This document shows, piece by piece, positions 15,820 through 20,000 of a DNA stretch of 20,000 nucleotides (within the stretch, counting starts at the first letter, position 1; every line of letters starts with the position of its first letter). The notes under the pieces are model-generated. The model saw only the letters and a program-made list of their open reading frames with translations. It had not been told where the DNA came from and searched no databases. Location of the stretch: positions 46,236-66,235 of the forward strand of contig JBJMHS010000073.1 in the NCBI GenBank assembly GCA_045807245.1. The letters are read 5' to 3'. Position numbers and translations under genes: made by a program. The DNA comes from Actinomycetales bacterium (GTDB taxonomy: Bacteria > Actinomycetota > Actinomycetes > Actinomycetales > CAVURS01).

Positions 15820-16434
15820 TTACGACCGGGCCAGGAGCGGGGCCAACGGTTCGGGCACGGCGAGGTCACCCCGCAACTGCCCGCCGCGCAACGGTGCCAC
15901 CCGCAGGCGGCCGCCGTCCCCCGCCGTCACCCCCGACTCCCGCGCGGGCAGAAAGCCGAACTGGTCGAGGAACGTCTCGTCGTACGGCGTCACGACCGCC
16001 GCGTAGCCCTCGTCGGCCACCATCTCGACCGCGAACTGCACCAGGTACGTCCCGACCCCGTGGTGGCGAGCGCCCGGTGCGACCGCCAGGGGCGCCAGCA
16101 CCAGGACCTCGTCGGTGCCGGTTCGGGCCGGCGTCAGCCTGAGGTATCCGACGACCTCGCCCGCACCGACCGCAGACATGTCCGCGCCCGGCCGCCGCTC
16201 GGACCGAACGGCGAGCAACCCGCGGGCGCCCGGGACGTCGGCGCTTCTGAGGCGGTCGACGAGATCGCTGACGTCGGTACGGCGGAACGCTGTCCCCAGC
16301 AGGTCGGCCACCGCCGGGCGGTCGTGCGGTGTCTCGTCCCGGACCATCGGAGGCGGCGCACCGACCACGTCGGACTCGAACCCGTTCATCATCTGACTCT
16401 TGCCCACGGCGGCCGGACGCGCATCTGGAGACAT
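15820..16434 (-). CDS. GNAT N-acetyltransferase (YhbS-like)
   Basis: VRDETPHD..AV, VVGY, LAPLAVAPGARHHGVGTYLV (acetyl-CoA motif) and FGF. Start is uncertain (16434, 16392 or 16389). Confidence 0.8.
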   Translation of the reverse strand: MSPDARPAAVGKSQMMNGFESDVVGAPPPMVRDETPHDRPAVADLLGTAFRRTDVSDLVDRLRSADVPGARGLLAVRSERRPGADMSAVGAGEVVGYLRLTPARTGTDEVLVLAPLAVAPGARHHGVGTYLVQFAVEMVADEGYAAVVTPYDETFLDQFGFLPARESGVTAGDGGRLRVAPLRGGQLRGDLAVPEPLAPLLARS

Positions 16435-16445
16435 CGACTGTCCGG

Positions 16446-16961
16446 TCAGGAACGCAGTGCGGCCTTCGGCATGACCCACCACAGCAAAGTCAGGAGCACC
16501 AGCGTCGAGGTGCCCGCGATGACCGCAGCAACGCCGTTGACCACCATCGCGAAGATGAACGCGGTGACGTCGGTGACTGCGAGCGCCAGCAGGACCAGGC
16601 CGGCCCGAGCCGCTCGGTCGGCCACCGTGACGAGGCGGTCACGTTCGTGACGGCGGAACAGGACCCGATGGACGGCCACCGGTGAGACGAGCAGACCGGT
16701 CGCGCCGATGGACAGCACGACGGCGACCAGGTAGAGCCCATGCTGGTAGGTGGGCAGGCTCGGGAACCGTTGCTGCAAGGGCAGGCTCAGCAGGAAGGCG
16801 GTCAGCAGCTGCACGCCGGTCTGGGTGACGCGCAGCTCTTGCAGCAGCTCGTTCCAGTGCCGGTCCAGCCGCTCGGTCGGCGTCTCGTTGCGCCCGCCGA
16901 GCTGGTTGCCCCGCAGGCCGTTGTGATCGGCCCGCAGGTCGTCGTCCTCGCGCTCAGCCAC
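16446..16961 (-). CDS. DUF6328-family membrane protein
   Basis: RNET..ERLDRHWNELLQELRVTQTGVQLLTAFLL and PVAVHRVLF, with about four hydrophobic segments. Confidence 0.8.
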   Translation of the reverse strand: MAEREDDDLRADHNGLRGNQLGGRNETPTERLDRHWNELLQELRVTQTGVQLLTAFLLSLPLQQRFPSLPTYQHGLYLVAVVLSIGATGLLVSPVAVHRVLFRRHERDRLVTVADRAARAGLVLLALAVTDVTAFIFAMVVNGVAAVIAGTSTLVLLTLLWWVMPKAALRS

Positions 16962-16971
16962 CCGTCGGATG

Positions 16972-19302
16972 CTATCCAGCCGGCGGCGCCTCGCCCACCG
17001 GAGCAGGCTGCACCCCCAGAGCGAGCTCGTCCACCAGCGCGAGGAGCTGCGCGATGTCGAACGGCTTGGCCAGGTAGTCGACGGCGCCCTCCGCCTTGAG
17101 CCGGGAGATCAGGCCCGGTGTCGCGTCGGCGCTCACGATGACCACCGGGATCTGCTTCGTCTCCAGATCGGCTTGTAGCCGGCGCAACGCCTCGGCGCCC
17201 GGCATGTCGGGCAGGTTCAGGTCGAGCAGGATGAGGTCGGGCAGGTGGGTTCGGGCCAGGTCCAGGCCGAGGCTGGCCTGCATGGTGACCATCGCCTCGA
17301 CGCCCTCTCTCATGGCCAGGATCCGTTGCACCAGACGGGTGTTCGCCTGGTTGTCCTCGATGTACAGCACCTTGGCGCGCGGGCGGTCGGCGTGAACCTC
17401 AAGCGTGTACGGCTCGACCACGGATAGCTCTTCCGAGGTCGCCGGGGCGTCCAGGTCCAGCTCGACCCAGAACGTGCTCCCGTGGCCGACCGCACTCTTC
17501 GCTCCGATCGCGCCGTTCATCGCCTCCACCAGGCGCTTGGTCAGGGTCAGTCCGAGACCGGTCCCCTCCACTTCGGTGTGCTCAGCCCCGAGCCGGTCGA
17601 AGGGCATGAACAGCCGGCTCATGCCGTCCTCGTTGATGCCGATGCCCGTGTCGACGACGACCAGACGGACGCGGGTGTCGGAGACCTTCTCGCAGTGGAC
17701 GCCGACGGTGCCGCTGTCCTTGTTGTACTTGATGGCGTTCGCCAACAGGTTCAGCACGACCTGGCGCAGCCGCTGCCGGTCAGCCCGCACGTACGTCGCG
17801 CATGACGGCGGGCATCGGTCGCCGATCCGGACCTGTCGCGCATCCCCGAGATGGCCCACCAGAGCGAGCGCCTCGTTGACCACCTCGGCCAGCTGCACCG
17901 GCTCGAGGGACAGGCGCAGGTCGCCGCTCTCGATCCGAGAGATGTCGAGCACCTCGTTGATCAGCGCGAGCAGGTGGTTGCCGCCCTTGATGATCTGCTC
18001 GACGCCCTCGCGCTGGTCGGCGTCGAGCTCGTCCAACGCCAGCAGCTGACCGAACCCGATCACCGCGTTGAGCGGTGTGCGCAGCTCGTGGCTCATCCGG
18101 CCCAGGAACGCGTTCTTGGCCTCGTTCGCGCGCAGTGCGTCGGCCTCGGCCTGGCGCAGTGCCACCTCGGCTCGCTTCACCTCGGTCAGGTCGAGCACGA
18201 CCGAGCTGAACCGCATGGGGTGGCGGTCGACGATGGCGTTGCCCACCAGGACTGGGACCCGGGAGCCGTCCTTGGTGAAGTACTCCTTCTCGTACGGCGC
18301 GCAGGCACCGGTCGAGTGCACCTCGGCCAAGGCGGCTTGGGTGGCGTTCGCCCACTCGGGTGGCGTCAACCAGTTCCAGTCGACGCGGTCGTGCAGCATG
18401 TCCTCGCGGGTGTAGCCGAGGATCTCCAGGTAGCGGTCGTTCGCATCGATGACTCGCTCCCGGTCGGACAGCGCGACCCCGACGATGTTCGCCTCCACGA
18501 GTGACCGCAGCTGCTCCTCGATCACCCGTTGCGACGTCACGTCCTCGACAGTGCACGCCATCCAGCGGCCGTTCTTCTGGTCGGTCGTCGCGACGTGATG
18601 GCCACGGATCCGCCGTACCTCCCCGTCGGGCCGGATCACCCGCGCCTCATAGCTCTTGGCGTTGCCCTGCGCCGCAGACTCGTAGCTCGCGGCCGCCGCG
18701 GACGCGTCATCCGGGTGGAGCATGCCCGAGCCCACGACCGGGTCGTCGTAGAACGACTGCTGCGGCAGACCGAAGATCGACTCGTACGCCGGGCTGACGT
18801 ACTCGTAGCCGAGCGTGTCCTGGTCGCGGATGGAGAAGCCGATCGGCACTGCCGCGGCGATCGCCTCGAACCAGTCGCGGTTGCGCTGCAGCTCGTGCTC
18901 GACGGTCTTGCGGTCGGTGATGTCCTCGATGAACCCCACCAGGTGGGCCGGCTGTCCCAGCTCGGTGTCGACCAGGGCCCGCTTGGCTCGCACCCAGCGG
19001 ACCTCGCCGTCCGGGCGGATGATCCGCCACTCCAGCTCTGGGATGGGGCCGTGTGACATGTCCGCCATCTGCGCCGACACCTCGTCGCGGTCGTCGGGAT
19101 GGGCGTGCGTGCGCAGGAAGAACGGGTCCTCCATGAGGCTCTGCACGGGCCAGCCGAAGATCCGCTCGAAGGCCGGGCTGACGTAGATGTACCGGGGCGG
19201 GTCGATCTGGCGCAGGACCACGGCCACGTCCAGGTGAGCGACCAGGCTGCGCAGGTGCTCGTCGGACAGGTAGGCGGTCGGGCCGCTCGGCTGTGCAGAC
19301 AC
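16972..19302 (-). CDS. Cytoplasmic hybrid sensor histidine kinase (3 PAS, HisKA, HATPase, receiver)
   Basis: Two PAS repeats with YVSPA..IFG...HPDD...IRPDGEVR and a third PAS (DANDRYL...KDGSRVPV). H-box MSHELRTPLN, NAIKY, DTGIGI, GTGLGL. Receiver YIEDN...LLDLNLPD...KPF. Start GTG 19302 is 10 nt after the EAL stop. Confidence 0.93.
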   Translation of the reverse strand: MSAQPSGPTAYLSDEHLRSLVAHLDVAVVLRQIDPPRYIYVSPAFERIFGWPVQSLMEDPFFLRTHAHPDDRDEVSAQMADMSHGPIPELEWRIIRPDGEVRWVRAKRALVDTELGQPAHLVGFIEDITDRKTVEHELQRNRDWFEAIAAAVPIGFSIRDQDTLGYEYVSPAYESIFGLPQQSFYDDPVVGSGMLHPDDASAAAASYESAAQGNAKSYEARVIRPDGEVRRIRGHHVATTDQKNGRWMACTVEDVTSQRVIEEQLRSLVEANIVGVALSDRERVIDANDRYLEILGYTREDMLHDRVDWNWLTPPEWANATQAALAEVHSTGACAPYEKEYFTKDGSRVPVLVGNAIVDRHPMRFSSVVLDLTEVKRAEVALRQAEADALRANEAKNAFLGRMSHELRTPLNAVIGFGQLLALDELDADQREGVEQIIKGGNHLLALINEVLDISRIESGDLRLSLEPVQLAEVVNEALALVGHLGDARQVRIGDRCPPSCATYVRADRQRLRQVVLNLLANAIKYNKDSGTVGVHCEKVSDTRVRLVVVDTGIGINEDGMSRLFMPFDRLGAEHTEVEGTGLGLTLTKRLVEAMNGAIGAKSAVGHGSTFWVELDLDAPATSEELSVVEPYTLEVHADRPRAKVLYIEDNQANTRLVQRILAMREGVEAMVTMQASLGLDLARTHLPDLILLDLNLPDMPGAEALRRLQADLETKQIPVVIVSADATPGLISRLKAEGAVDYLAKPFDIAQLLALVDELALGVQPAPVGEAPPAG

Positions 19303-19312
19303 GCCGGCCCCG

Positions 19313-20000
19313 TCAGTGACCGGGCAGGTCGACGATCGCGGACATCGGCTGCGGCCGGGCGACGTGGAAACCTTGCACCCACCGCACCCCCAGCCGTTGC
19401 AGTGCGTCCTGCTCCGGCCCGTTCTCGACGCCCTCGGCGACGACCTGCGCTTCGACGTCCGCGGCGAAGCTGACCAGCGCGCCGGCGAGCGCCCGCCGTA
19501 CCGGGTCGTGGTCGATGTCACGGGTCAGCGAGATGTCGAGCTTGATGACGTCGGGCCGCAGACCCAGCAGGTGACGCAGCCCGGCGTACCCGGCCCCGGT
19601 GTCGTCCAACGCCAGCCGCACGCCCCGCGACCGCAACGCGGTCAGCCCCGAGCTGACCGCCTCGTAGTCCTCGACCGGTACGTGCTCGGTGAGCTCGAGC
19701 ACGATGCGGCTCATGTCCGAACGGGCCAGTAGCTCGTGCAGCACTGGTGACACGGCGGTGGACGGTGACACGTTGACCGCGAGGAACGCGTGGCTCGGCA
19801 GCCGCGGCAGCTCGCGCAGGGCCAGCGCCACGGCCGTGGTCTCCAGCTCGATGCCGAGCCCGACCAGGTCGGCCTCGGCGAACCACCGGTCCGGCGCCTG
19901 CACCGGGGGAGTGGTGAAGCGGGCCAGGGCCTCGCACCCGACCAGGCGTCCCTCGGCGACGTCGACGATCGGCTGGAACACCATCGTGATGGCGTCGCCG
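19313..20000 (-). CDS. EAL-domain c-di-GMP phosphodiesterase (5' end outside the window)
   Basis: FQPIV, CEALARF, VNVS, ELTE, LDDTGAGY, IKLD, AEGVE and QGF. The frame stays open to the window edge. Confidence 0.9.
   Translation of the reverse strand, partial: GDAITMVFQPIVDVAEGRLVGCEALARFTTPPVQAPDRWFAEADLVGLGIELETTAVALALRELPRLPSHAFLAVNVSPSTAVSPVLHELLARSDMSRIVLELTEHVPVEDYEAVSSGLTALRSRGVRLALDDTGAGYAGLRHLLGLRPDVIKLDISLTRDIDHDPVRRALAGALVSFAADVEAQVVAEGVENGPEQDALQRLGVRWVQGFHVARPQPMSAIVDLPGH

Noticed and set aside
19303..19521. Extended N-terminus of the histidine kinase ORF
   Set aside because: It overlaps the EAL gene in another frame and looks non-coding. GTG 19302 fits better.

Overview
This is a gene-dense, very GC-rich window, most likely from an actinomycete (based on gene families and promoter style). 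About 22 coding regions are supported: the 5' tip of a probable TetR regulator, DUF72, a YqjG-like glutathionyl-hydroquinone reductase, a divergent MocR/GabR regulator and AhpD/CMD pair, a secreted TIGR03118 protein, an MMPL transporter, a DUF222/HNH (13E12-repeat-like) endonuclease, VOC, aldo/keto reductase, a PlsC-type acyltransferase, an NTF2-like protein, gntK-gntP, a STAS anti-anti-sigma factor, small unknown proteins, GNAT, DUF6328, a PAS-containing hybrid histidine kinase and a truncated EAL gene. I found no rRNA, tRNA, CRISPR array or transposase. The most unusual locus is the DUF222/HNH unit (about 8137-9787). It has an exact RecA-NDp/PafBC-type promoter motif, a 53-nt upstream hairpin carrying DnaA-box-like motifs, and a mirror-image base skew (G/T-rich 5' end, C/A-rich 3' end). 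Other notable signals are a 15-bp in-frame tandem repeat in gntP, several operator-like palindromes and many apparently leaderless starts. All family calls come from motif recognition by eye, not from database searches.
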